Part shown: piece by piece, positions 49,612 to 59,627 of the stretch
Layout of the letters: each line of letters begins with the position of its first letter
Numbering within the stretch: the first letter of the stretch is position 1
Origin: an uncultured Armatimonadetes bacterium
GTDB lineage: Bacteria > Armatimonadota > Hebobacteria > Hebobacterales > Hebobacteraceae
Direction: 5' to 3'
Assembly: GCA_963716175.1 (NCBI GenBank)
Contig: OY970296.1
Coordinates: 2,080,001-2,144,000 of the forward strand
DNA: 64,000 bases
Program-made: the position numbers and the translations under genes
The notes under the pieces: model-generated
What the model saw: only the letters and a program-made list of their open reading frames with translations
Told to the model about the DNA's origin: nothing
Databases searched by the model: none

Positions 49612-49851
49612 TCATCGGGGCGGGACCAACCGCTCGAACTGCTTGCGGTCCGCCGCCGACACCAATCCCGGTCGGCGCAGCCGCCGCTTCCTGGCCGCGC
49701 TCTTGCGGGTTAGGAGGTGGCTCTTGAAGGCATGGCGGATCCGGAGCTGACCGGTGGCGGTGCGCCTAACCCGCTTCGCCGCTGTCTTCTGCGTCTTCAT
49801 TTTGGCGGAGCGGTTGCTCGACTGGTTTTTGCTGGACTTGCGCTTGGACAT
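49612..49851 (-). CDS. rpmI: 50S ribosomal protein L35 (possible N-terminal extension)
   Basis: KMKTQKTAAKR..T.TG....AFKSHLLTRKS..RKRRLR. Confidence 0.93.
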   Translation of the reverse strand: MSKRKSSKNQSSNRSAKMKTQKTAAKRVRRTATGQLRIRHAFKSHLLTRKSAARKRRLRRPGLVSAADRKQFERLVPPR

Positions 49852-50462
49852 CCGGCACCGCCTTTGCTGGTTGGGTGGGGGCGGCCGCTGCCTCCACGAC
49901 CGGGGCCTCCCTGGGGGGAGCGCTGGGCTTCACCGGGGCGGGAGGCCTGGCATGAGGCTTCGGCGCCAACATCATATTCATCATGCGACCCTCGAACCGA
50001 GGGGGCATCTCGAGTCAGCGCGACATCGGCCAGGTGCTCGGCGACCTGGTTGAGAAGCCGGCTGCCCAGTTCCGGGTGGCTCACCTCTCGGCCACGGAAG
50101 CGCAAGTTGATGCGAACCTTGTTGCCGTCCCCCAGCAGCTCGCGCAGCTTGCGCAGCTTGATCTCAAGGTCGTGCGGCCCGATCTGGGGCTTCAGCCGCA
50201 GCAATCGCACCTCGGTGGGCTTGCTGCGCTTGTGGGCCTCTCGCTCCCGCTTGGCCTGCTGGTACTTGTGCTTCCCATAGTCCATAATCCGGCAGACCGG
50301 GGGCTGCGCGTTGGGCGCCACTTCGATCAGGTCGAGTTCTCGCTCGCGGGCGACCCGCAGCGCCTCGCGAGTCGCCATGATCCCCAGTTGCGCGCCGTTC
50401 TCGTCAATCAGGCGCACTTCCCGAGCGCGGATGCGCTCATTCACCCTAACCTCACGTTCGAT
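49766..50462 (-). CDS. infC: Translation initiation factor IF-3, probable ATC start, 1-nt frameshift near 50015
   Basis: VNERIRAREVRLID, PPVCRIMDYGK, FRGRE; C-terminal PRFEGRMMNMMLAP in another frame; GGAGGTGA 7 nt before ATC. Confidence 0.92.
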
Positions 50463-50477
50463 CTTTCGCTCACCTCC

Positions 50478-50535
50478 GCCACAAAAAACCGACGTGCCCG
50501 AGAATCCGAGAAGCCGGCCACGAGCCCGTCATGGT
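50478..50535 (-). promoter_or_regulatory. infC leader with terminator-like hairpin (possible L20-responsive leader)
   Basis: gccggc...gtcggtttttt between the promoter and the infC RBS. Confidence 0.45.
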
Positions 50536-50540
50536 GCCTG

Positions 50541-50569
50541 AATATAGCAAACCGAGAGGCCCGTGTCAA
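50541..50569 (-). promoter_or_regulatory. sigma70 promoter of infC-rpmI-rplT
   Basis: Minus strand TTGACA-17 nt-TATATT. Confidence 0.75.
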
Positions 50570-50677
50570 CGGCGACTTTGGCTCACTGTGACCAGAGGCC
50601 TCCCTTTCTGCGCGGCGGGGGAGGAACCCCGCCTGGCTGCGATGAAATAGCTGCCCAGACCAGGAACGGGAGGCAAG

Positions 50678-50893
50678 ATGGACCGCACCCAAGCCGAGGC
50701 TTATGCTCTCCACATGCTGGGCTTCATCCGGGAGCAGTGGCCCGCACTGGAGATGGCCGCTCTGGAGGTGGGCCGGGACGAGAAGAATGACCTGCTCTGG
50801 TGCAAGGTCCACCGCTCCGAGGAGGCCCGCACCCATGGAGGCGGCTATCTGTTCACCGTGGCCTACCTGGACCGGATGCTGATAGGGGGGTAG
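50678..50893 (+). CDS. Small hypothetical protein
   Basis: 71-aa ORF, RBS ggagg, typical codon usage. Confidence 0.6.
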   Translation: MDRTQAEAYALHMLGFIREQWPALEMAALEVGRDEKNDLLWCKVHRSEEARTHGGGYLFTVAYLDRMLIGG

Positions 50894-50915
50894 CGCCTGG
50901 GGCTGGTGTTGCCAC

Positions 50916-52304
50916 TCATCCTCCACTGGGCCGCGCCACCAGGTCGTAGGGCTGGGCCTGGACAACTCGGGCCTGGATGAACCGGCCGGGCTGGAGGCGG
51001 AGACGGCCGGCGTTGACGATGACTGATCCGTCTATCTCAGGCGCGTCCCGGAAGCTGCGACCGATCCATCGGCCGCGCGATGGGCCTCGGGATTCGACCA
51101 GCACCTCGAGCTCGCGCGCGACCCAGCGCTGATTCCGGGCGAGCGAGATCGCCTGCTGGCGCATCATCAGCCGGTGATACCGATCCTGCGCTACCTCGGT
51201 CGGAACCTGGTCCAGCATCGCGGCGGCCGGAGTGCCGGCCTCCGATGAGTAGATGAACCCGCCGGCCCGGTCCAACTGAGCCGCGTCGAGGAAACCCAGC
51301 AGGCCCTCAAACGCTTCCTCGGTCTCGCCCGGGAATCCCACCAGGAAGGTGCTGCGGATGGCAATGTCCGGCATGGCCGAGCGCAGCCGTGCGATCAGCT
51401 TGAGATGACTGTCGCCGTCCCCCGGCCGGCCCATGCGGCGCAGCAACTCTCGGTCGGCATGCTGGAAGGGCACATCAATGTACTTGCAGATGGCGGGCCG
51501 ACTTGCCATCACCTCGATCAGGCGGTCGGCTATGCGGCTGGGGAAAGTGTAGAGCAGGCGGATCCAGTGCAGGTCGGGGATGGCGGCCAGACCGGCGAGC
51601 AGGCCGGCGAGATCAGGGCCGGCCAGATCCCGGCCATAAGCGGTAGTGTCCTGGGCGATGAGGTTGATCTCCCGCACGCCGCTGGCGGCCAAGCTCCGGG
51701 CCTCCCGCAACACGGACTCGAAGTTGCGGCTGCGATAGGGGCCGCGCAGGCGAGGGATGACGCAGAAGCGACAGCGGTGGTCGCAGCCCTCGGCGATCTT
51801 GAGGTAAGCCGTCCATGGTGGGGTAGCCCTCAGCCGCGGGACGGCGTCATTGTAGAGGTAGGAGGGCGGCGCGGCCGGCCGCTCTGCTCCTGCGCCGGCA
51901 ATCGCCCCGCGGATGATGGAGACGATATCGGCGATATCACCCGGGCCCAGGAAAGCGTCTATCTCCGGGAACTGAGCGCGGAGATGCCCTGCCTCCATCT
52001 CTGGCCAGCACCCGGCGCAGACCACCGCCTGGGCCTTGCCCGCGCGCCGCATCGCCACCGCCTCGGCCAGGGCCTGAGCCGACTCCTGCCGCGCCGGGGC
52101 GATGAAGCAGCAGGTATTCACCAGAAGCACATCGGCCTGGTCGGGCTGGGTGACGATGGTGAAGCCAGCCTCCTGCAGCAAGCCCAGCATCACCTCGGTA
52201 TCAACCAGGTTCTTGGGGCACCCCAGGGAGATGACGCCGACCGTCACCGGGGGACGCCTGGTGAGGCCATCAGGCAAGTTCAGGTGGGAGGTGCTGTCTG
52301 CCAT
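50916..52304 (-). CDS. rimO: Ribosomal protein S12 methylthiotransferase
   Basis: SLGCPKNLVDTE, NTCCFI, AYLKIAEGCDHRCRFC, DAPEIDG; TRAM domain. Confidence 0.95.
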   Translation of the reverse strand: MADSTSHLNLPDGLTRRPPVTVGVISLGCPKNLVDTEVMLGLLQEAGFTIVTQPDQADVLLVNTCCFIAPARQESAQALAEAVAMRRAGKAQAVVCAGCWPEMEAGHLRAQFPEIDAFLGPGDIADIVSIIRGAIAGAGAERPAAPPSYLYNDAVPRLRATPPWTAYLKIAEGCDHRCRFCVIPRLRGPYRSRNFESVLREARSLAASGVREINLIAQDTTAYGRDLAGPDLAGLLAGLAAIPDLHWIRLLYTFPSRIADRLIEVMASRPAICKYIDVPFQHADRELLRRMGRPGDGDSHLKLIARLRSAMPDIAIRSTFLVGFPGETEEAFEGLLGFLDAAQLDRAGGFIYSSEAGTPAAAMLDQVPTEVAQDRYHRLMMRQQAISLARNQRWVARELEVLVESRGPSRGRWIGRSFRDAPEIDGSVIVNAGRLRLQPGRFIQARVVQAQPYDLVARPSGG

Positions 52305-52344
52305 CGAGATTGCCTGTATGGGAGGGGCAGGCTGGGCACCTGCG

Positions 52345-54458
52345 CTACTGCTCGGCGATGGTGATGCGCGCGTCCAGCGCCACTGCGCCGGCCCCGGGCT
52401 CGCCCACCTTAAGTGGGTTGACGTCCATCTCCACGATCTCGGGAAAGTCGGTGACCAACTGGGAAAGGATCAGCAAGCAGTTGACGATCGCCTCCAGATC
52501 GCAGGGCCGCTCCCCGCGCTGCCATGCAGCAGGGGAGCGGCGCGGATCTCCTCCACCATGCGCCGTGCGTGGCGGGGCCCGAAGGGGGCCACCCGGAAGG
52601 TCACGTCTCTCAGCACCTCGACATAGATGCCGCCGAGCCCGAACATCACCAGAGGGCCAAACTGAGGATCGCGGGTGCTGCCCAGGATCACCTCCCGGCC
52701 AGAGGGCACCATCTCCTGGACCGAGACGCCGCGCAGATCGGCGTTCGGCGCGAAGCGCCGGATGCGCAGCATCATCAGCTCGAATGCGTCCATCGCCTCC
52801 TGCCGGCTGCCGATGCCCAGCCGCACCCCGCCGACATCCGACTTGTGGAGGATGTCCGGCGAGACGATCTTCATCACCACCGGGTATCCGATCTCGTCGG
52901 CGTGCCCGGCCGCCTCCTCCGCGCTGTGGGCGAGGGCGCTCTTGGGGACCCGGATGCGATAGGCCTGAAGCACCTCCCTGGCCTCCAGCTCGCCGAGGTT
53001 CACGCGCCCCTGCTGGTGGATGCGATCGAAGATGGCCCTGACCGCCTCCTGATCCCCCGGGAAGCACACCGCCTCATCTGGCGGCTCCTCTCGCCACTCC
53101 TGATAGCGAGCCATCTCGGCCAGGGCCTGCACCGCACGCTCGGGGAAGGGGTAATTGGGCACCCGGTGGCGGCCCAGGAAATCCGTCGCCTCTTTCATAG
53201 CATCGCCCCCCATGAAGCAGGCGAGCACGGGTTTCCGGCAACCAGACATGGCCCGGGCAAGCTCCTGAGCGGTGGCTCTGGGCTGAGTCACGGCCTGGGG
53301 CGTGAGCAAGGCGATGGCCGCATCCACGCCATCGTCCTTGAGCACGGTCTCAGCGGCAAAGCCATAGCGCTCAGCATCGGCGTCGCCAAGGGCGTCGATC
53401 GGGTTGTAGAAGTTGGCCGCCTCCGGCAGGCGGGTGCGCAGCGCCTCCACCGTCTTGGGATCGAGGGAAGCCAGCTTGAGCCCCTGCTTCTCCACGGCAT
53501 CGGTGGCCATGATGCCCGGGCCCCCGGCGTTCGTGATGATCGCCACTTGGCGCCCGCGGGGAAGCCCCTGGTAGGCAAAGGCGATGGCGAGGTCAAACAG
53601 CTCCTCCAGCGAGTGGGCGCGGATCACCCCTGACTGCAGGAAGGCGGCGCTGTAGGCTTGCTCCAGGCCGGCGAGGCTGCCGGTGTGAGAGGAAACGGCG
53701 CGAGCGCCAGCCTGCGTGCTGCCGGATTTGACCACGATCACCGGCTTGCGCGCCGACACCTGCCGCGCCACCTCCATGAACTCCGGACCGTGCGCCAGAC
53801 CCTCGATGTAGGCCACGATCACTTCGGTCTCGGCGTCATGCTCCCAGGCGCGGAGGAAGTCCACCACCCCCACGTCCACCCCGTTGCCGAAGCTCACGAA
53901 CTTGCTGTAGCCGATGCCCTGCTGCACGGACCAGTCCAGGATGGCGGTGGCGAGCGCGCCCGACTGAGACATGAGCGCGAGTGAGCCGCGCTTGGGGAAC
54001 ACCGGGGCGAAGGAGGCATTGAGGCCGGTGGCGGTGGCGATCACCCCCAGGCAGTTGGGGCCCACCACCCGAATGCCATGGCGCCTGGCCACTTCCGCGA
54101 GCTTGCGCTCCCTCTCTACGCCCTCCGGACCCGCTTCCTTGAAGCCGGCCGAGATCACCACCGCGGCGGCGATGCCTTTCTGGCCGCACTCCTCCATCAC
54201 CGCCCCCACCGCGGGCGCGGGCACCACCACCACCGCCAGGTCAACAGGGCCCTCGATATCCAGGACGCTGGGATAGCAGGGCCGGCCCAGAATCTCGGTG
54301 GCGTGAGGGTTGATGGGATGGACGGCTCCCTGGTAGCCGGAGGAGAGCATATTGCGGAGGATATCGTGGCCCACCTTGCCGGGCCGGGTGGAGGCGCCGA
54401 TGATGGCCACCGAAGCGGGGGCGAAGAAACGTTGCAGTGCGGTGTTGCCGGTGGCCAC
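52345..54458 (-). CDS. Acetate--CoA ligase (ADP-forming) family, alpha+beta fusion; 1-nt frameshift near 52520
   Basis: VAIIGAS, GPNCLG, SQSGAL, SHTGSLAG, TNAGGPG, HKSDVGGV, DPQFGP; tail EMDVNPL...ALDARI in another frame. Confidence 0.92.
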
Positions 54459-54468
54459 CGCCAGGTCC

Positions 54469-55266
54469 CTATCCTTCCAGCCGGCCCGCGCGAAAGGCCT
54501 GGAGGTACCCCAGACACATATCGTCCCGGCCCAGCAGGGCCTCGCCGGCGCAAGCCACAGCCATCAGGCCGTCGTCCAGGGGGTCGAGAATGGCTGCGTC
54601 GAGGCCCCGCGCCATGGCCATGGCAAGGAAAACGCGATTCAGCAGGGGCCGGGCGGGCATCTGAAATGAGACATTGCTGAGGCCGCAGATGATATGGACG
54701 CCTGGCAGCGTCTCCCGGATGCCGGCCACCGCGTCCAGAAAGGCCGCGCCCTGCTCGCCTTCCAGACCCACGGCCCGCGCCAGCGGGTCAATGAACAGGT
54801 CGGCCAGCAGCAGGCCCGCCGCCCGGGCCGCCTCCCCCAGTCGCAGAGCGATGGCGATGCGCTGCTGGGCGGTCTGGGGCAGGCCGGAGTCATCGAGGGT
54901 GAGAGCAACCAGCCGGGCGCCGTGCTCTCGCGCCAGGGAGAAGACGGGCTCGAGACGGCTCTGCTCCGCGCTGGCCGAGTTAAGCAGGGCCTGGCCGCGA
55001 TGGGCCTCCAGGCCGGCGCGGAGCGCAGACGGATTCGCAGAGTCAATGCAGAGTGGCTTCTCGGTGGCGGCCTGAACGGTCTCGACCAACCACACCAGGT
55101 CGGCAGGCTCACGCTCGGGCCCGGTGCCAGCGTTGACATCGAGGTAGTCGGCGCCGGCCCGCGCTTGCCGCGCCGCCTCCTGCGCGATGATCTGCGCGTC
55201 CCGCGCCATCACCGCTTCCCGGATACGCTTGCCCGTCCCGTTGATGCGCTCGCCCACGATGATCAT
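54469..55266 (-). CDS. Pterin-binding methyltetrahydrofolate:corrinoid methyltransferase (AcsE/MetH folate domain-like)
   Basis: IIVGERIN, YLDVNAG, LCIDS, FIDPL, CGLSNVSF, AAILDP. Confidence 0.85.
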   Translation of the reverse strand: MIIVGERINGTGKRIREAVMARDAQIIAQEAARQARAGADYLDVNAGTGPEREPADLVWLVETVQAATEKPLCIDSANPSALRAGLEAHRGQALLNSASAEQSRLEPVFSLAREHGARLVALTLDDSGLPQTAQQRIAIALRLGEAARAAGLLLADLFIDPLARAVGLEGEQGAAFLDAVAGIRETLPGVHIICGLSNVSFQMPARPLLNRVFLAMAMARGLDAAILDPLDDGLMAVACAGEALLGRDDMCLGYLQAFRAGRLEG

Positions 55267-55305
55267 GCCGTCTTCTCTTCCGCAATCTGGCGTGCTGTGG
55301 CCAGG

Positions 55306-56238
55306 TCAGTGCGCGACCCGCGCGGCGTAAGTGTCCTCCAGCCCGCGGATCAGGCCCGCCAGCGCCTGGTTGACCGGGGTGGCCACACCCAGGGTCGCGC
55401 TCTCTCGCACCACCGCCCCGTTGATCGCATCCACTTCAGTGCGCCGCTGCCGGTAGAAGTCCTGGAGCATGGAGTTCATGTTGTTAGCCGTCCGCTGGCA
55501 GATCTCCTCGGCATGGGCAACCATGTCCGGGTAGGGCAGCCGGATGCGCTTTGCCTCCGCCACCGCCTGCACTTCCGTCACCACCAGCCGCAGAACCTCA
55601 CGCAAGTTGGCCGATTCCATGATGCCACCATTGCGCAGTTGCGCGAGCGTGGCCACGGCGTTGATGCCGGCATTGACCGCGAGCTTCCCCCAGAGCACCG
55701 CCTGGAGCTGGGTGGTGAACTCGACTTGCAGGCGGGCCTGGGAGAAGGCATCGCCGACGGCGGCCAGGCGCTCGCTCAACTCCCCGGAGGGCTCCCCCAT
55801 GATCGTGCCGCCGCTGCCGGCATGGTGCACCTGGCCCGGCGCGATCAGGGTGGCGGCCTGGGAGGTGACTCCGGCGACGACGCGCTCGGAGCCCAGTGCT
55901 TGCTGGAGGGTCTCGAGATTGCCAAGGCCGTTCTGCAGCGTTAGCACGGTAGTCCCGGCACCGACCAGGGGCTGGGCAGACGCGGCCGCCGCGGAGGTAT
56001 CATAGGACTTGACCGCGATCAGCACCAGGTCAACGGAGCCGACGTCGCGGGGCGCGGTAGTGGCGTGCACCGGCGAGCGGAACTCACCCGAGATGCCCGA
56101 GATCCAGATGCCGCGGCGATCCAGCAGCCGGGCGCGATCCGGGTGCCGGTCAATGAGCCAGATATCATGGCCGCCCTGGCTGAGCAGACCTGCGAAGAGA
56201 CAACCTATGCTACCGGGCCCGACTATGGCGATTCTCAT
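55306..56238 (-). CDS. panE: 2-dehydropantoate 2-reductase
   Basis: IAIVGPGSIG, VKSYD, LQNGLG, WGKLAVNAGIN, SMLQD...TEVDAING. Confidence 0.92.
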   Translation of the reverse strand: MRIAIVGPGSIGCLFAGLLSQGGHDIWLIDRHPDRARLLDRRGIWISGISGEFRSPVHATTAPRDVGSVDLVLIAVKSYDTSAAAASAQPLVGAGTTVLTLQNGLGNLETLQQALGSERVVAGVTSQAATLIAPGQVHHAGSGGTIMGEPSGELSERLAAVGDAFSQARLQVEFTTQLQAVLWGKLAVNAGINAVATLAQLRNGGIMESANLREVLRLVVTEVQAVAEAKRIRLPYPDMVAHAEEICQRTANNMNSMLQDFYRQRRTEVDAINGAVVRESATLGVATPVNQALAGLIRGLEDTYAARVAH

Positions 56239-56253
56239 CAGCTCCCGCCTGAT

Positions 56254-57557
56254 CTATCGCGGCTTCTCCCACTTCTCCAGCTCGGCCAGCTCGCCGTAAG
56301 TGCCACCCCGGACGATCTCTTCCCGAATGCGGTTCTCCCGCTCATACCACTCCATCCCCCGGTTCGCCCATTCCACGGCGTGGTCTCGCGGGATGCGAAC
56401 CACTCCGTCATCGTCGCCCACAATCCAATCGCCCGGCTCCACCACCTCGCCGGCGATGGTGATGGAGACCCCGATCTCCCCCAGGCCCCTGGGCTCGCCG
56501 GCGTTGGGGCAGATGTGACGGGCGAAGGCCGGGAAGTTGAGGGAGCGGATGTCCCCGCTGTCGCGGATGGCCCCGTCAATCACCACCCCGGCAACTTTCC
56601 GGTTCATGGCGCTGCGGGAGGCCATCTCCCCCACACCGCGGGCGGCACGCCACCGGCCTCGATCACGATCACCTCCCCTGGCTTGGCCTGATCTATCGCT
56701 TCCACGGGCTTGGCGTAGTCGCCCGTCGCGGTCCTCACGGTGAGAGCGGGGCCCACCACCTTCATGCCAGGAGCAATGGGACGCAGGCCAGGCAGGACTC
56801 CCCGGCGATGCATGGCATCGGAGAGATTGGCGGCGGAGATGGCCATCAAGGTCTCCCGCAGCTGGCCCTCGGAGACGCGCTTATAGAGCGTGGTAGGAAT
56901 GCTCACCCCCTCCGTGATCGCCCGCTTCAGGTCGGCGGTAGCCTGCCTGGCATCGGGAGCCTTGGAGATCGCGCCTCCCACGATCACCACAGAGGCGCCT
57001 GCCTGCACGGCTTGCACGGCGTTCTCGGAATGGATGCCGCCGGCCACGCAGAGGGGCACCTCCACCGCCTCCGCCACCGCGCGCAGCAGCCGGAAGGGGT
57101 CGGCGCCGCGCATCTGCATATCTATCGCCACATGGACATCAATGAAATCAACCCCTAGCTCTGCCACCTGCCTAGCTCTTGCTATGGGATCGGCCGCACC
57201 TAACAGGTCGGCCACGATCTTGGCGCCATACTCGCGGCCGGCCTCGACGCATTCGGCAATGGTTGGGTCCGGGGCGGCGGCCAGGACATGCACGATCTGA
57301 GCTCCCGCCTTGGCCGCTGCCTCCACCTCGATGCGGCCCGCGTCCATGACCTTCATGTCCGCCGCGATCGGCAGCTTGGGGAATTGCCCGCGCAGAGTCC
57401 GAACCACATCCAGGCCAACGCTCTTGATCAGGGGGGTGCCGGCCTCCAGGATATCCGCACCCCCGGCGACGGCCTCGGCCGCCACCTTGAGGGCGCGGTC
57501 GAGCTCCAGGAAATCGAGCGCGACTTGAAGGAGCGCTGCTTGCGATCGTTCTCTCAT
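56254..57557 (-). CDS. 3-hexulose-6-phosphate synthase (HPS/KGPDC) fused to an RraA/HMG-aldolase domain; 1-nt frameshift near 56630
   Basis: LQVALD, LEAGTPLIK, DMKVMDAG; then NLSDAM..., AVWG|EMA...VIDGAIRD, PGDWIVGDDDGVV. Confidence 0.88.
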
Positions 57558-57711
57558 GCCACCTTCTTCCATCTCCACAGACTGTCCGGCAACAGGCGGG
57601 AGCCCGCGGAAGGGCTTCCCCACCGACTGTGGCAGGAGGCGAGCTTACCCGCCTCGGGCGGCCTCCTGCCCAATGTGAACGGATCCTTCGCTCCGCTCAG
57701 GATGACACATT

Positions 57712-57737
57712 GGCGGGCATGTGCGTGCCCGCCCTAC
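57712..57737 (-). repeat. GTAG-type REP palindrome (related copies at 45466, 59565, 59595)
   Basis: Minus strand GTAG-ggcgggca...tgcccgcc hairpin. Confidence 0.55.
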
Positions 57738-59260
57738 GAACGGCTCACCGCGGTAGCTCGGCCGTCTCTGCGCTCTATCGCCACCGCCTTCCTGCTATGG
57801 AAATCGGTGCTCTGCTCGAAGGCGTAGGCCGCCCGCAGCATGGTCTCCTCGCCGAGCGGCTTCCCCACCAAATGCAGGCCGATGGGCAGCCCCTCGCCGG
57901 AGAACCCGCAGGGGATGGACATGCCCGGCAGCCCCCCCAGGTTCACGGGGATGGTGCAGACATCGGAGAGGTACATCGCCACCGGATCGTCGGTCTTCTC
58001 GCCCAAGCGAAAGGCGACGCTGGGGCTGACCGGTCCCACCAGTAGATCGCAGCGCTCGAAGGCGCGGTCGAAGTCGCGGCGGATCAGGGTTCTGACCTGG
58101 CCCGCCTTCAGGTAGTAGGCATCATAGTACCCGGCGCTCAGAGCATAGGTCCCCAGCATGATGCGCCGCTTCACCTCGGGCCCGAACCCCTCGTCTCTGG
58201 TCTTGCGGTACATCTCGACGATGTCGGCCACTCTCCCCGGAGTCCGGTGACCATATTGCACGCCATCATAGCGGGCCAGGTTCGAGCTGGCCTCGGCGGG
58301 GGCGATGATGTAATAGACGGGGATGGAGTAGTTCAGATGAGGGAGCGAGACTTCCTCGCACTCGGCCCCCAGCTCCTGCAACCGGTCCACGGCCGCGCGG
58401 ACCGCGGCGCCGACTTCGGGCTCCACACCCACGCCCTGGTATTCCATGAACTCCCTCACCAGGCCGATGCGCAGACCCTTCACCTCCGGGACGAGGGCCG
58501 CGGTGTAGTCGGGCGTGGCAAGGTTGATGGACGTCGAATCCCGCGGATCGTGGCCGGCCAGCAGATTCAGCATCAGGGCGCAGTCCCGCACATCCTTGGT
58601 GATAGGGCCCACCTGGTCCAAGGAGCTGGCGAAGGCAATGACACCATAGCGGGAGACGCGGCCGTAGGTGGGCTTGAGGCCGACCACACCGCAGAAGCTG
58701 GCGGGCTGCCGGATCGAGCCCCCGGTGTCGGTGCCCATGGAGACAATGGTCTCTGAAGCCGCCACCGCCGCGGCCGATCCGCCGCTGGAGCCTCCGGGCA
58801 CCCGGTCCAAGTCCCACGGGTTCCGGGTGACGCCCCGGGCCGAGTTCTCCGTGGAGGAACCCATGGCGAACTCGTCCATGTTCGTCTTGCCCAGGAAGAC
58901 CAGGCCGTGCTCTCGGCAGCGCTCGATCACGTGCGCATCATAGGGAGGAACGAAGCCGGCGAGGATGCGAGAGCAGCATGTGGTCTCGATGCCCTTGGTG
59001 CAGTAGATATCCTTGAGCGCAATGGGGATGCCGGCCAACACCGGGAGCTGCTCGCCGCGCGTCCGCCGTTCATCCACCGCGGCCGCCTGCTGCTGGGCCA
59101 GCTCGCGGGTGAGCAGCACGTAAGCGTGGAGCTGCGCGTCCACCGCGGTGATACGGTTCCAGACCGCGTCCAGCAGTTCACGCGCCGAGACCTCTCGTTT
59201 CCTCAGGAGATCCGAGAGCGCGTGGGCAGTCAGATCGTGAAGCTCGGCAGGTGCGCTCAT
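57734..59260 (-). CDS. gatA: Asp/Glu-tRNA amidotransferase subunit A
   Basis: [61 protein letters not shown]. Confidence 0.97.
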   Translation of the reverse strand: MSAPAELHDLTAHALSDLLRKREVSARELLDAVWNRITAVDAQLHAYVLLTRELAQQQAAAVDERRTRGEQLPVLAGIPIALKDIYCTKGIETTCCSRILAGFVPPYDAHVIERCREHGLVFLGKTNMDEFAMGSSTENSARGVTRNPWDLDRVPGGSSGGSAAAVAASETIVSMGTDTGGSIRQPASFCGVVGLKPTYGRVSRYGVIAFASSLDQVGPITKDVRDCALMLNLLAGHDPRDSTSINLATPDYTAALVPEVKGLRIGLVREFMEYQGVGVEPEVGAAVRAAVDRLQELGAECEEVSLPHLNYSIPVYYIIAPAEASSNLARYDGVQYGHRTPGRVADIVEMYRKTRDEGFGPEVKRRIMLGTYALSAGYYDAYYLKAGQVRTLIRRDFDRAFERCDLLVGPVSPSVAFRLGEKTDDPVAMYLSDVCTIPVNLGGLPGMSIPCGFSGEGLPIGLHLVGKPLGEETMLRAAYAFEQSTDFHSRKAVAIERRDGRATAVSRS

Positions 59261-59544
59261 TCGATCACCCGGGGCACGCGGAAACAAGCATTCGCCTGGT
59301 CGGGGGCGTTTTGCAGGGCTTCTTCGGGCAGCAGAGATGACCGGGGCTCATCCTCGCGGAAGACGTTGGACATGGCGACGGCATGAGACATGGCCGGAAC
59401 CCCGGTGGTATCCAGTTGGCGAAGCTGCTCGAAGTGCTCCAGGATGGAGTTGAGCTGAGTGGTGAAGCGTTCCCGCTCCTCTGCGGTCAGCTCGAGCCGG
59501 GCGAGCAGGGCCACGTGTTCGACTTGCTCCGGCGTCAATCGCAT
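59257..59544 (-). CDS. gatC: Asp/Glu-tRNA amidotransferase subunit C
   Basis: [33 protein letters not shown]. Confidence 0.95.
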   Translation of the reverse strand: MRLTPEQVEHVALLARLELTAEERERFTTQLNSILEHFEQLRQLDTTGVPAMSHAVAMSNVFREDEPRSSLLPEEALQNAPDQANACFRVPRVIE

Positions 59545-59564
59545 CAGCTGCTCCTTCGTCGGAC

Positions 59565-59620
59565 GGCGGGCGTGCTCGCCCTACAGGAACTGCTGGCGGG
59601 GTCAGGAGGCTCCGCCCTAC
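59565..59620 (-). repeat. Two tandem GTAG-type REP-like hairpins
   Basis: ggcgggcgtgctcgccctac and ggcggggtcaggaggctccgccctac. Confidence 0.5.
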
Positions 59621-59627
59621 AGGCAGG

